Positions 1 through 9,488 of a DNA stretch of 64,000 nucleotides are shown here, piece by piece (the first letter of the stretch is position 1; every line of letters starts with the position of its first letter). A program made the position numbers and the translations under genes. The notes under the pieces were generated by a model. The model was not told the origin of the DNA and made no database searches. It saw nothing but the letters and a program-made list of their open reading frames with translations. Source of the stretch: Devosiaceae bacterium (GTDB lineage: Bacteria > Pseudomonadota > Alphaproteobacteria > Rhizobiales > Devosiaceae); the NCBI GenBank assembly GCA_035998685.1, contig DASYHK010000003.1, forward strand, positions 192,259 through 256,258, in the 5' to 3' direction.

Positions 1-187
1 TGACGACATGGGCACTGGAGCCGGAGTTTGCCGTGTTGCCCGCGGCGCCGAGCAGCCAGTCGCGGCTGCCGGCACCGCTCCAGCCGGTCGTATAGTGGGT
101 AACGACGAGCTTTGGCGTGATCCGGCCGCCGATATTCGTGCTCTGCCTGTACCAGATGTCATCGATGCGGTGGTTCCTAATGTCCAC
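1..187 (-). CDS. N-acetylmuramoyl-L-alanine amidase-like protein, N-terminal part only (gene runs off the left edge)
   Basis: Not in the ORF track because there is no stop in the window. Reverse translation from GTG at 187 reads VDIRNHRIDDIWYRQSTNIGGRITPKLVVTHYTTGWSGAGSRDWLLGAAGNTANSGSSAHVV. This resembles the N-terminal block of AmpD/PGRP-type amidase_2 domains. GGAG lies 7 nt upstream, and an in-frame TAA at 203-205 bounds the start. Confidence 0.5.
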   Translation of the reverse strand, partial: MDIRNHRIDDIWYRQSTNIGGRITPKLVVTHYTTGWSGAGSRDWLLGAAGNTANSGSSAHVV

Positions 188-383
188 GGCTGGTCTCCCC
201 GATTACGTCGCGCTGCGCCCGATCCGGTCGAACGGAGTGCGATCTTGCGGTAAGTTTAGCTCGTGTCAGAGCTGCGGGGATAAGTGTCACAAGCGCAGGC
301 TGCATCCCCCTGAATGGGCTTCAGGAATGCCCCAACGTCAGTAATTTCACGGACATGTCCGGCCGCCACGCCGGTCGTCGCAC

Positions 384-587
384 CTAGTCCGGCTTCGTCA
401 TCCAGCGAATGATCCAGCTCGCCGGGAAGAACCAGAAGCTGCCGGCGACGGCGAAATAGCCGATCAGCACCCACCAAGGTGCGCCGATAAGCAAGCCGGC
501 ATAGACGGCCATGGCGGCCGCCGAATAGAGGACGATGCTGAGGAGCAGCAGCATCGTACCCGCCAGTTTGCGCATCCGCTGCTTCAT
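384..587 (-). CDS. DUF2842-like small membrane protein
   Basis: ORF 384..701, with likely start at the internal MKQRMRKLAG (67 aa). It has two hydrophobic helices and sits divergently beside ctaA, as is typical in Alphaproteobacteria. Confidence 0.65.
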   Translation of the reverse strand: MKQRMRKLAGTMLLLLSIVLYSAAAMAVYAGLLIGAPWWVLIGYFAVAGSFWFFPASWIIRWMTKPD

Positions 588-712
588 CTCGTCTTCGCCG
601 CCTGCGTCATCGCGCTCATTGCCAGCCTGTCGCGCTTGGCAGTAACACTCGGCGCGGCTGCGGGAAACTGCGGCATGACGCCCGGCGGGCGTCGTCCACA
701 AGGGGACCGATA

Positions 713-1765
713 TTGGCGACAGCTGTCCTTCACGGCCATCCGCGAGCGCCTGCCGCTACCGATCGTCTGCGGCCGGTCCGAGTCTGGCTCTATGCCATGG
801 CAGCGCTGGTGCTGCTGATGGTCGTCGTCGGGGGCATCACCCGGCTCACCGGCTCCGGACTGTCGATCACCAGTTGGAAGCCGTTTACCGGCATCCTGCC
901 GCCGCTCAGCCAGGCGGACTGGCAGGCCGAGTTCGATGCCTATCGACAGATCCCGCAATTCGCCGTCGAAAACGCCTGGATGGGGCTCGAGGAGTTCAAG
1001 TCGATCTTCTGGTGGGAGTGGATCCATCGCTTCCTCGGCCGCGTCGTGGGCGTCGCCTTCGCCGTTCCGTTCCTGGTCTTCCTCTTCCAGAAGCGCTTCT
1101 CCTGGAACCTCGCGGCGCCACTCGCCGGCCTCTTCCTGCTCGGCGGCTTCCAGGGCTTCCTCGGCTGGTGGATGGTCTCCTCCGGGCTTACGGAACTGAC
1201 CTCGGTCTCCCAGTACCGGCTGGCCGCGCATCTGAGCGCCGCCGCCCTGCTGTTCATCGCCCTGGTCTGGGTCGCGCGCCGCCTGACGCCGCGCCCCGTC
1301 GCCGCTGCCGGGCCGCGCTGGCCGATCGTCGTGCTGCTGGTGCTGATCCTGATGCAGATCGCCGCCGGCGCCTTCGTCGCCGGCCTCGACGCCGGACTTT
1401 CCTACAACACCTGGCCGCTGATGGACGGGGCCCTGATTCCGGCCGGTCTGGACCGGCTCGTGCCGCTGTGGCGCAACCTTTTCGAGAACCCGCTCACCGT
1501 GCAGTTCGTGCACCGTGGCCTCGCCTACCTGATCCTCGTTCAGGTTGCGTTTATGCTGGTGGCGAGAATGGGGCAGGGCTGGCTGCCGCGCATCGCCTTC
1601 CTGGTGCTACTGCAGGTGGTTCTCGGGGTGGCAACGCTACTGGCGGCGGTGCCGATTTCCCTCGCCCTCGGCCACCAGGCGCTCGCCTTCATGCTCGCCG
1701 GTGCGGTCACCGCGTGGCTGGCGGATGCCTTACCGCCGCGTGGTAATATGATACCGCGGCCGTAA
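713..1765 (+). CDS. ctaA: heme A synthase (COX15/CtaA family)
   Basis: 350-aa polytopic membrane ORF. N-terminal VVGGITRLTGSGLSITSWKP...LSQADWQAEFDAYRQIPQF is characteristic of COX15/CtaA. Confidence 0.9.
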   Translation: MATAVLHGHPRAPAATDRLRPVRVWLYAMAALVLLMVVVGGITRLTGSGLSITSWKPFTGILPPLSQADWQAEFDAYRQIPQFAVENAWMGLEEFKSIFWWEWIHRFLGRVVGVAFAVPFLVFLFQKRFSWNLAAPLAGLFLLGGFQGFLGWWMVSSGLTELTSVSQYRLAAHLSAAALLFIALVWVARRLTPRPVAAAGPRWPIVVLLVLILMQIAAGAFVAGLDAGLSYNTWPLMDGALIPAGLDRLVPLWRNLFENPLTVQFVHRGLAYLILVQVAFMLVARMGQGWLPRIAFLVLLQVVLGVATLLAAVPISLALGHQALAFMLAGAVTAWLADALPPRGNMIPRP

Positions 1766-1882
1766 CTAACTGACGTTGAACAAGAAAATCTTTATGCTTG
1801 ACGTGTTCCTGCGGCCTCCGTATATGGCCGCAACCGAACCGGTGCGGGTCCGCCGCGCCAGCCTTTCCAAAGGAACTCACCA

Positions 1883-2347
1883 ATGACCACCTACTCGGCC
1901 AAACCGAGCGAGATCGAGAAGCAGTGGGTCTTGATCGACGCCAAGGATCTGGTCGTAGGCCGCCTGGCCTCGATCATCGCCATGCGCCTCCGCGGCAAGC
2001 ACCTCCCCACCTTCACCCCGCATATGGACATGGGCGACAACGTCATCGTCATCAATGCGGACAAGGTGAAGCTAACCGGCAAGAAGCTGGATCAGCGCAA
2101 GTTCTTCTGGCACACGGGTTATCCCGGTGGCATCAAGGATCGCACGCAGCGCCAGCTGCTCGAGGGGCGGCATCCTGAGCGCGTGCTCGAGAACGCCGTC
2201 CGCCGCATGCTCCCTGGCGGTCCGCTGACTCGCGCCCAGCTGAAGAACCTCAAGGTCTATGCCGGCGAAGAGCATCCGCATGAGGCGCAGCAGCCCAAGA
2301 AGCTCGACATTGCATCCTTCAACACCAAGAATGTGAGGGCCAAGTAA
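1883..2347 (+). CDS. rplM: 50S ribosomal protein L13
   Basis: 154 aa: [40 protein letters not shown]...; the stop abuts the rpsI start. Confidence 0.97.
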   Translation: MTTYSAKPSEIEKQWVLIDAKDLVVGRLASIIAMRLRGKHLPTFTPHMDMGDNVIVINADKVKLTGKKLDQRKFFWHTGYPGGIKDRTQRQLLEGRHPERVLENAVRRMLPGGPLTRAQLKNLKVYAGEEHPHEAQQPKKLDIASFNTKNVRAK

Positions 2348-2830
2348 ATGGCCGAGACCGTCAACTCCCTCGAAGATCTGGGCACCGCCACGGCCATCAG
2401 CGCTCCCAGCGATGCGCCCGTCTATGAGCAGAAGCTCGATGCACAGGGCCGTGCCTACGCCACCGGCAAGCGCAAGAACGCCATCGCCCGCGTCTGGATC
2501 AAGCCCGGCAACGGCAAGATCACGGTCAACGGCAAGGATTTCAACCTGTTCTTCGCCCGTCCGGTACTGCAGATGATCCTGCAGCAGCCAATCGTCGCGG
2601 CATCGCGCACCGATCAATACGACGTCGTCGCCACCGTCTCCGGGGGCGGCCTCTCCGGCCAGGCTGGCGCCGTGCGTCACGGCATATCGCAGGCCCTGAC
2701 CCGTTTCGAGCCGGAGCTGCGCCCCGTGCTCAAGAAGGGCGGCTTCCTGACCCGCGACAGCCGCGTCGTGGAACGCAAGAAGTACGGCAAGGCCAAGGCC
2801 CGCCGTTCCTTCCAGTTCTCCAAGCGCTGA
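2348..2830 (+). CDS. rpsI: 30S ribosomal protein S9
   Basis: 160 aa ending ...[25 protein letters not shown], the canonical S9 C-terminus. Confidence 0.97.
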   Translation: MAETVNSLEDLGTATAISAPSDAPVYEQKLDAQGRAYATGKRKNAIARVWIKPGNGKITVNGKDFNLFFARPVLQMILQQPIVAASRTDQYDVVATVSGGGLSGQAGAVRHGISQALTRFEPELRPVLKKGGFLTRDSRVVERKKYGKAKARRSFQFSKR

Positions 2831-2933
2831 TCGCTGGCGAACATGAATGCAGAGGGGCCGGAGCGATCCGGCCCCTTCACGTTTTCCGGTTTTCGGCTTG
2901 GGCGCGAATGGCATAGAGCTTAGGGAGTCACAG

Positions 2934-3986
2934 GTGAGACTGATGCCCGAGCTGCCACGATCAGCCCTAATCGTAACGGACGCCTGGCACCCGCAGGTGA
3001 ACGGCGTCGTCCGCTCCATCGAACGCATCGGTGCCGAACTGCTGGATCGCGGCATCCGCGTCGACTACCTCACCCCTCAGGACTTCTGGACCGTGCCCAT
3101 GCCCGGGTACCGGGAGATCGCGCTGGCGATGGCCCGCCCTGACGTCGTCGGCCGCCGCATCCGGACGCTCCGCCCCGAAGCCATCCACATCGCCACCGAA
3201 GGGCCGCTCGGCTATCTCGCCCGCGGCTATTGCCTGCGGCGCGGCTTGCCGTTCTCCACGGCCTATCACACCCAGTTTCCCGAATACCTTCGGGCCCGGC
3301 TGCCCGTGCCGCTTGGCTGGTCCTACCGCTATATGCGCTGGTTCCACGCCGCCGCCACCTGGTGCCTGGTCGGCACGCCATACCTGCAACAGCTGCTCGA
3401 GCGGCGCGGCTTCACCAACACCGCCATCTGGACCAAGGGCGTCGATACGGAGCTCTTCAACCCGGTGCACCGGGCAGAACTGCCGCATCCGAAACCGATC
3501 TTCCTCTATGTCGGCCGCGTGGCCGTCGAGAAGAACATAGAAGCTTTTCTGCAGCTCGACCTGCCGGGCACCAAGCTCGTGGTCGGTGGGGGGCCGAGCT
3601 TGGAACGGCTGCGCGTCGACTATCCGGATGTCATTTTTGCGGGCCAGCGTCAGGGTCCGGAACTGGCGGAGTATTTCGCCTCCGCCGACGCCTTCGTCTT
3701 TCCGAGCCGGACCGACACCTTCGGACTGGTGCTGCTGGAGGCGCTCGCCAGCGGCACGCCCGTTGCCGCCTATCCCGTCACGGGCCCGATCGACGTCATC
3801 GGTACGGCACCGGTGGGTGTGCTGGGTGAGGACCTTCGCTCCGCGGCACTGGCGGCGCTGGAGGTCCCCCGCGAAGCCTGCCGTGCCCATGCCCTGCAGT
3901 ATTCGTGGAGCGCCAGTGCCGACCAGTTCCTGCGACACCTGCCGCGCATCGAATACGCGGCAAAGACGGCATTTACTTACCCCTGA
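2934..3986 (+). CDS. glycosyltransferase family 4 (GT1-fold)
   Basis: ORF 2847..3986. Motifs IVTDAWHPQVNGVV, LYVGRVAVEKN and FVFPSRTDTFGLVLLEALASGTPV. The likely start is GTG 2934 (GGGAG upstream) or ATG 2943. Confidence 0.8.
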   Translation: MRLMPELPRSALIVTDAWHPQVNGVVRSIERIGAELLDRGIRVDYLTPQDFWTVPMPGYREIALAMARPDVVGRRIRTLRPEAIHIATEGPLGYLARGYCLRRGLPFSTAYHTQFPEYLRARLPVPLGWSYRYMRWFHAAATWCLVGTPYLQQLLERRGFTNTAIWTKGVDTELFNPVHRAELPHPKPIFLYVGRVAVEKNIEAFLQLDLPGTKLVVGGGPSLERLRVDYPDVIFAGQRQGPELAEYFASADAFVFPSRTDTFGLVLLEALASGTPVAAYPVTGPIDVIGTAPVGVLGEDLRSAALAALEVPREACRAHALQYSWSASADQFLRHLPRIEYAAKTAFTYP

Positions 3987-4261
3987 GCGGCGGGTAGAAT
4001 CTGCCGGATATCACGCCCCTCACGAGGCCGAGACTTCATGCTGATCAGGGTCACAGCAGGCACTGCCGCTCGCGCCGCCGCTCTCTAGCCCTTCCCGCAG
4101 GTCCGAGCAGGACAGGGAAGGGCGGCAGCATGTTTCTCCACCGGCAGACGCCGGTTTTAACCGGTTCCACACCATAATTCCGCGATAATCGCCCCGTCTC
4201 CTGCGAAGCGCTGCAGCTGCAGCGGCTGCGGAGAGGGGGCTGAGGCCCCTACGAGGATCCC

Positions 4262-5479
4262 ATGAGCGAAGATTTTCACCGCATCCGTCGCCTCCCACCC
4301 TACGTGTTCGAGCACATCAACCCGATAAAGGCCCGGGCTCGTGCTCAGGGTGTCGATGTGATCGACCTCGGGATGGGCAATCCCGACCTGCCGACGCCTC
4401 AGCACATCGTCGACAAGTTGAAGGAAACGGTGAAGGATTCCCGCACCCATCGCTACTCTTCGAGCAAGGGAATACCCGGGCTGCGCAAGGCTCAGGCATC
4501 GTATTACGGCCGGCGCTTTGGCGTGAAGCTCAATCCCGACACCCAGGTGGTGGCCACGCTTGGGTCCAAGGAAGGCTTCGCCAACATGGCGCAGGCGATT
4601 ACGGCGCCAGGCGACGTCGTGCTCGTCCCCAACCCGACCTATCCGATTCATTCCTTCGGTTTCATCATGTCGGGCGGCGTCGTCCGCTCGATGCCGGCGC
4701 AGCCGAACGAGGATTTCATGCGCGCCCTCGACCGGGCGGTACGGCACTCGATACCGGCGCCCATCGCCCTGATCCTCAACTACCCGGCCAACCCCACCGC
4801 CTATGTCGCCGACCTCGATTTCTACCGCGAGGTCGTCCGGTACTGCCGTGAGCACAGCATCTTCATCCTGTCCGATCTTGCCTATTCGGAGGTTTATTTC
4901 GACGGCGCACCGCCGCACTCGGTGCTCGAGATCGAAGGAGCCATCGACGTCGCAGTCGAGTTCACCTCGATGTCCAAGACCTACTCGATGCCGGGCTGGC
5001 GGATGGGCTTTGCGGTCGGCAACGAGCGGCTGATCGCGGCACTGGCGCGGGTGAAGTCGTACTTGGACTACGGCGCATTTACCCCCATCCAGGTTGCCGC
5101 CGCCGCGGCCCTCAACGGTCCCGATGATTGCGTCGCCGACATGCGTGCGATCTACCAGTACCGGCGCGACGTGCTGGTCGAGAGCTTCGGGCGGGCCGGC
5201 TGGAAGGTGCCGGTGCCCCCGGCGACCATGTTCGCCTGGGCCCCCATTCCGGATCAGTATGCGCATCTCGGTTCGCTGGAGTTTGCCAAGCTGCTGATCG
5301 AGGAGACCGGGGTCGCGGTCGCCCCGGGGGTTGGCTTCGGGGAGTATGGCGACCAGTATGTTCGCCTCGCTCTCGTCGAGAACGAGCAGCGCATCCGCCA
5401 GGCGGCCCGCAGCATCAAGAAGTTCCTCAGCGCCTCCCCCAGCCACGACAACATCCTCAGGATGCCACTCGCCCAGTAG
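4262..5479 (+). CDS. PLP-dependent class I/II aminotransferase (AlaC/DapL-like)
   Basis: 405 aa: RLPPYVFEHINPIKARARAQGVDVIDLGMGNPDLPTP, NPTYP, and SMSKTYSMPGWRMG carrying the PLP lysine. It occupies the usual position upstream of hom. Confidence 0.9.
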   Translation: MSEDFHRIRRLPPYVFEHINPIKARARAQGVDVIDLGMGNPDLPTPQHIVDKLKETVKDSRTHRYSSSKGIPGLRKAQASYYGRRFGVKLNPDTQVVATLGSKEGFANMAQAITAPGDVVLVPNPTYPIHSFGFIMSGGVVRSMPAQPNEDFMRALDRAVRHSIPAPIALILNYPANPTAYVADLDFYREVVRYCREHSIFILSDLAYSEVYFDGAPPHSVLEIEGAIDVAVEFTSMSKTYSMPGWRMGFAVGNERLIAALARVKSYLDYGAFTPIQVAAAAALNGPDDCVADMRAIYQYRRDVLVESFGRAGWKVPVPPATMFAWAPIPDQYAHLGSLEFAKLLIEETGVAVAPGVGFGEYGDQYVRLALVENEQRIRQAARSIKKFLSASPSHDNILRMPLAQ

Positions 5480-6188
5480 CCGCTTGCGAAGCAGCTAGCT
5501 GCCGCTGGTCTCGCCGTCTTGCTGCTGCCGCTCCGACGCCGATCAGCATGCCGCTCAGGATAAGCCAGATGAGGGAAGGGTAGGCTGCGAAGCGTTCCAC
5601 CGATCCGCGGCCCATGCCCAGCAGGAACTGACTTCCGAAAGCGACAAACCCGAGGAAGCCGGTCAGTCCCATTGCGCATGTGAAGAGCGCGTAGAGCCTG
5701 TTGCGCCTGAACTCCCCGATGCCGATCATGGCGATGCCGAGATTCGCTATCCCGAGATAGAGGGCGGCACCCACTCCATGCAGGAGCAGGTTCTCGTCGG
5801 CCGACCAGAGGCCCGACAGCACGATTCCCGCTCCGCCCAACCCCAGGAGCCGTGCGCCCCAGCGCGACCAGCTGCTGCCCCGCCAGACACTGTAGGTCAA
5901 CCAGAGGCCCGCGGATACGAGGATCCCCAGCAGGATCATGCTGCCGTTCAGCACGTCGTGCAGCGGTGAGCAGACGTAAACCGTGTCGCTGAACAGCACG
6001 TCGCGAAACGGCCCGCACTCGGTGATACCGAGATAGCTGATGGCGTCCGTCGAGCGCGAGTATCCGGGCCAGGCGAGTTGTGCCACGTGCTGGGCCACCG
6101 CCGCTTGCAGGCAGGCGATCCAGCAGATGCCGCCGACCAAGGCTTTCGTCGCAGCACCGGGTGCTGGCAAGCGGAACTCGAACAACAA
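5457..6188 (-). CDS. DUF998-like polytopic membrane protein
   Basis: 243-aa ORF with about 6-7 hydrophobic segments. Its 3' end overlaps the convergent aminotransferase gene by 23 nt. The family call is tentative. Confidence 0.55.
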   Translation of the reverse strand: MLFEFRLPAPGAATKALVGGICWIACLQAAVAQHVAQLAWPGYSRSTDAISYLGITECGPFRDVLFSDTVYVCSPLHDVLNGSMILLGILVSAGLWLTYSVWRGSSWSRWGARLLGLGGAGIVLSGLWSADENLLLHGVGAALYLGIANLGIAMIGIGEFRRNRLYALFTCAMGLTGFLGFVAFGSQFLLGMGRGSVERFAAYPSLIWLILSGMLIGVGAAAARRRDQRQLAASQAATGRVAS

Positions 6189-6370
6189 CTGTCTCCTGTA
6201 GAGCCTTCAGGGGGCTGAGACAGGCTGCCCCGGGTACAGGCTTCCTGCAGCTTGGGCCACATCCTCCCCCGCGGGGCAGAACGCGCCAATGGCCGGATAT
6301 TTCCGGCGCCTTCTCCTATTGACGCATAGGGTAATTCCTATTCATAGCTGTCGCGCTTAGGAGCATGCCC

Positions 6371-7900
6371 ATGAGTGACATTCAGTCTTTCCGCCAGTCC
6401 GTCGAGGCCTTCATCGCGGCCCGCGGCTGGACGCCAACGCGTTTTGGTCGCTCCATCGCCGGCGATCCGCTTTTCGTCTTCGACCTGCGGGAGGGGCGCG
6501 AGCCGCGCTCCGACACCCGTACGCGCATCCTGAAGGCCATGCAGGAGCACGCCGATGCCGCCAGCCTCGCGCCGCTCCGGATCGGCGTCGCCGGCCTCGG
6601 CAATGTGGGGGCGACACTGGTCGGAATCATTCAGCGCGACAGCGCGGAACTGACCCGCAAGCTGGGGCGTCAGGTGCAGGTGACGGCCGTCTGCGCGCGC
6701 ACACGCTCCCGCGAGCGGGGCGTCGATATCTCCGAGCTCGAATGGTTCGATGATCCGGTCGCTCTCGCCAAGTCCGACGGCATCGATATGTTTGTCGAAC
6801 TCATCGGGGGGGAGGACGGACCGGCACTGGCTTCCATCAAGGCGGCGCTGGAACTGGGCCGCCCCGTGGTGACGGCAAACAAGGCCCTGCTCGCCCGTCA
6901 CGGGGTGAGCCTCGCCCGGATCGCGGAAGAGAGCGGTGCCCAGTTGGGCTTCGAAGCCGCGGTTGCAGGCGGCATACCGGTCATCAAGACACTGCGCGAG
7001 GGGCTAGGCTCGGCGCGTATCGCCCGCGTCTATGGGATCATGAACGGCACCAGCAACTACATCCTGACGCAGATGAGCGGCGGCAAGGTTCGGGGCGATA
7101 ATGCCGGCGTCTCCTTCGCCGATAGCCTGCGCGAGGCACAGGAGCTTGGCTACGCCGAAGCCGACCCCACCTTCGACGTCGAAGGCTTCGATACCGCCCA
7201 TAAGCTCGCCATTCTCGCCAGCCTCTGCTTCGGTTGCGAGATTGCGCCCGACGAGGTCTTCGTCGAAGGCATCACCGGCATCACCCCGGCCGACATCAAG
7301 GTCGCCGCTGATCTGGGCTACAACATCAAGCTGCTGGGGATCGCGCAGCGTTCGGCCGATGGCATCGAGCAACGCGTGCACCCGACGCTGGTGCCCAAGG
7401 GCTCGGCCATTGCTCGCGTCGACGGGGCGCTCAACGCCGTCATCCTGGAAACCGATCACGTTCACGAACTGATGCTCGCTGGGCCTGGCGCCGGCGGTCC
7501 TCCCACCGCATCCTCCGTGCTTTCCGATATCCTCGACATTGCCCGGGGCAACAAGGTCCCGCCGCTCGGCGTTCCCAGTCACGAGCTGACGCCCTATCGG
7601 AAGGCGCCGATGCGGGCGCATGAGGGCGGCTACTTCATTCGACTAAATGCCAAGGATATTCCCGGCGCGCTTGCCGCTATTGCTTCACGCATGGGAGCAG
7701 CCGGAATCTCGCTGGAAAGCGTGATTCAGCGCCCTGATCTGCGAGTGGAGGCGGGGTCGGAAACCGGTGACCAAACGCGCACGGTGGTCCTGATCACCCA
7801 CTCCACTACGGAGGCAATCGTGCGCGAAACGCTTGCGCAGATCGCTTCCGACGGGTTCACTGTCGGCGACCCGCAGCTGATCCGGATCGAAACGTTCTAG
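6371..7900 (+). CDS. hom: homoserine dehydrogenase with an N-terminal extension of about 56 aa
   Basis: LRIGVAGLGNVGATLV Rossmann start, NGTSNYILT motif and a C-terminal ACT-like region. AGGAG at 6359-6363 lies 7 nt before ATG 6371. The alternative canonical-length start is ATG 6539. Confidence 0.9.
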   Translation: MSDIQSFRQSVEAFIAARGWTPTRFGRSIAGDPLFVFDLREGREPRSDTRTRILKAMQEHADAASLAPLRIGVAGLGNVGATLVGIIQRDSAELTRKLGRQVQVTAVCARTRSRERGVDISELEWFDDPVALAKSDGIDMFVELIGGEDGPALASIKAALELGRPVVTANKALLARHGVSLARIAEESGAQLGFEAAVAGGIPVIKTLREGLGSARIARVYGIMNGTSNYILTQMSGGKVRGDNAGVSFADSLREAQELGYAEADPTFDVEGFDTAHKLAILASLCFGCEIAPDEVFVEGITGITPADIKVAADLGYNIKLLGIAQRSADGIEQRVHPTLVPKGSAIARVDGALNAVILETDHVHELMLAGPGAGGPPTASSVLSDILDIARGNKVPPLGVPSHELTPYRKAPMRAHEGGYFIRLNAKDIPGALAAIASRMGAAGISLESVIQRPDLRVEAGSETGDQTRTVVLITHSTTEAIVRETLAQIASDGFTVGDPQLIRIETF

Positions 7901-7928
7901 CAATCGCCCCCTGGGGGCAGGGGACCAT

Positions 7929-8912
7929 ATGCAACTCGCCAAGACCGCAGCCGGCAGAGCGCCTGCCATCATCGACCGCAGCCTCACTCTGGAACTTGTC
8001 CGGGTCACCGAACGGGCCGCCGCGGCCGCTGCCGGCTGGCGTGGGAAGGGCGACGAGAAGGCAGCCGATGCCGCCGCCGTGGCGGCCATGCGGGCCGAGC
8101 TAGACCGTGTGCATATCGATGGACGAATCGTCATCGGTGAGGGTGAGCGCGACGAAGCGCCGATGCTCTTTATCGGCGAGACCGTCGGCGCCGGCGACGG
8201 GCCGCAGGTCGATATCGCCGTCGACCCCCTGGAAGGCACGACCCTCTGCGCCAAGAATCAGCCCGACTCGATCTGCGTCCTGGCCATGGCCGAGCGCGGC
8301 GGCCTGCTGAACGCGCCCGACGTCTACATGCACAAGATTGCCATCGGGCCCGGATATCCGCCCGATACTGTCGATCTCGATCGTTCCCCGACCGAGAACG
8401 TCACCGCACTCGCGGCCGCCAAGGGCGTGCCGCTGAGGGACATCACCGCCTGCGTCCTGGATCGCCCGCGCCATGCGTCCCTGATCGAGGAGTTGCGGTC
8501 CTGCGGCGTCGCGCTGAAGCTGATCGGTGACGGCGACGTCGCCGGGATCATCCACGCCACCAATGCCGAAGAAACCGGTGTCGATATTTACATCGGCTCC
8601 GGCGGCGCCCCCGAGGGCGTGCTGGCAGCAGCGGCCCTGCGCTGCATCGGCGGCCAGATGCAGGGGCGGCTGATCCTCGACAGCGACGAGAAGCGCGAGC
8701 GGGCCCGCCGGATGGGCATCGACGACCCCAATCGCACCTATGGCGTCCACGACCTTGCATCCGGCGATGTACTCTTTGCTGCTACCGGTGTTACCGACGG
8801 CAACCTCATTGATGGCGTGCGGCTCCGTCGCGACACCATCGTCACCTCCACTGTCGTCATGCGCTCCTGGTCCCGCACTGTCCGCTGGATTCGCGCCGAG
8901 CACGCCCGCTAG
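7929..8912 (+). CDS. glpX: class II fructose-1,6-bisphosphatase
   Basis: 327 aa: LTLELVRVTERAAAAAAGWRGKGDEKAADAAAV...IGEGERDEAPML...VDPLEGT, typical of GlpX. Confidence 0.93.
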   Translation: MQLAKTAAGRAPAIIDRSLTLELVRVTERAAAAAAGWRGKGDEKAADAAAVAAMRAELDRVHIDGRIVIGEGERDEAPMLFIGETVGAGDGPQVDIAVDPLEGTTLCAKNQPDSICVLAMAERGGLLNAPDVYMHKIAIGPGYPPDTVDLDRSPTENVTALAAAKGVPLRDITACVLDRPRHASLIEELRSCGVALKLIGDGDVAGIIHATNAEETGVDIYIGSGGAPEGVLAAAALRCIGGQMQGRLILDSDEKRERARRMGIDDPNRTYGVHDLASGDVLFAATGVTDGNLIDGVRLRRDTIVTSTVVMRSWSRTVRWIRAEHAR

Positions 8913-8996
8913 CGGCACCCGGAGGAAACTCGGAGCGAGCTGAAACTGAGGCGGCGATCATGCGTTGGCTTCGCGAGGGCAAAAGAGGAGAGCCCA

Positions 8997-9395
8997 ATGA
9001 ACCAGCCGCTTCACACTATCGCCGCCATCGCGGTCGTTGCCAACCTTTCCGCCATCCTGCCCGCGTCGTCTCAACCGATCGAGATCACGGTGCCGGGGGG
9101 CGCGGTTGAGGCGGTTCCGGAAGTGCCGCCCCCCACCACCATCCAGCGCAGCAGGCTGTTCGACTATCATCTGGATTTCGACAACAGGTTCGACCCGGGC
9201 GAGGCGGCGCGGAACGCACTCCCTGTCGTTGTGACCGGACCTTCGGTCGATCCGGTGCGGGCCGCGGTAATCGACCGCCATGGATTGTCGCTCACCCAGC
9301 ATCAGTTGCGCTGTCAGTCGCTGTATCCATCCTACGAACCGGCGAGCGATACCTATGTCGGTCCGGATGGCATTCCGCGCAACTGCGTATACTAG
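8997..9395 (+). CDS. BA14K-like exported protein
   Basis: Has a signal peptide. The C-terminus HQLRCQSLYPSYEPASDTYVGPDGIPRNCVY fits the BA14K pattern H-x3-C-x3-Y-x-SY-x5-TY-x3-DG-x4-C. Confidence 0.6.
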   Translation: MNQPLHTIAAIAVVANLSAILPASSQPIEITVPGGAVEAVPEVPPPTTIQRSRLFDYHLDFDNRFDPGEAARNALPVVVTGPSVDPVRAAVIDRHGLSLTQHQLRCQSLYPSYEPASDTYVGPDGIPRNCVY

Positions 9396-9488
9396 GCCGT
9401 CCATACCGGCCTATCGACTGAGCGGATACACCGCGGATAACCCTCCGCGCCGCCTCGACCTGAGGGTGCGGATGCGGTTATCTGCAGC

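Noticed and set aside
584-5446. Shadow ORFs opposite or overlapping ctaA, rplM/rpsI, the GT4 gene and the aminotransferase (e.g. 584..1513-, 874..1746+, 2072..3055-, 2967..3938-, 4157..5446-).
   Set aside because: Each fully overlaps a gene with strong family signatures. The translations are Arg/Gly/Pro/Ala-rich, typical of off-frame reading in high-G+C DNA.
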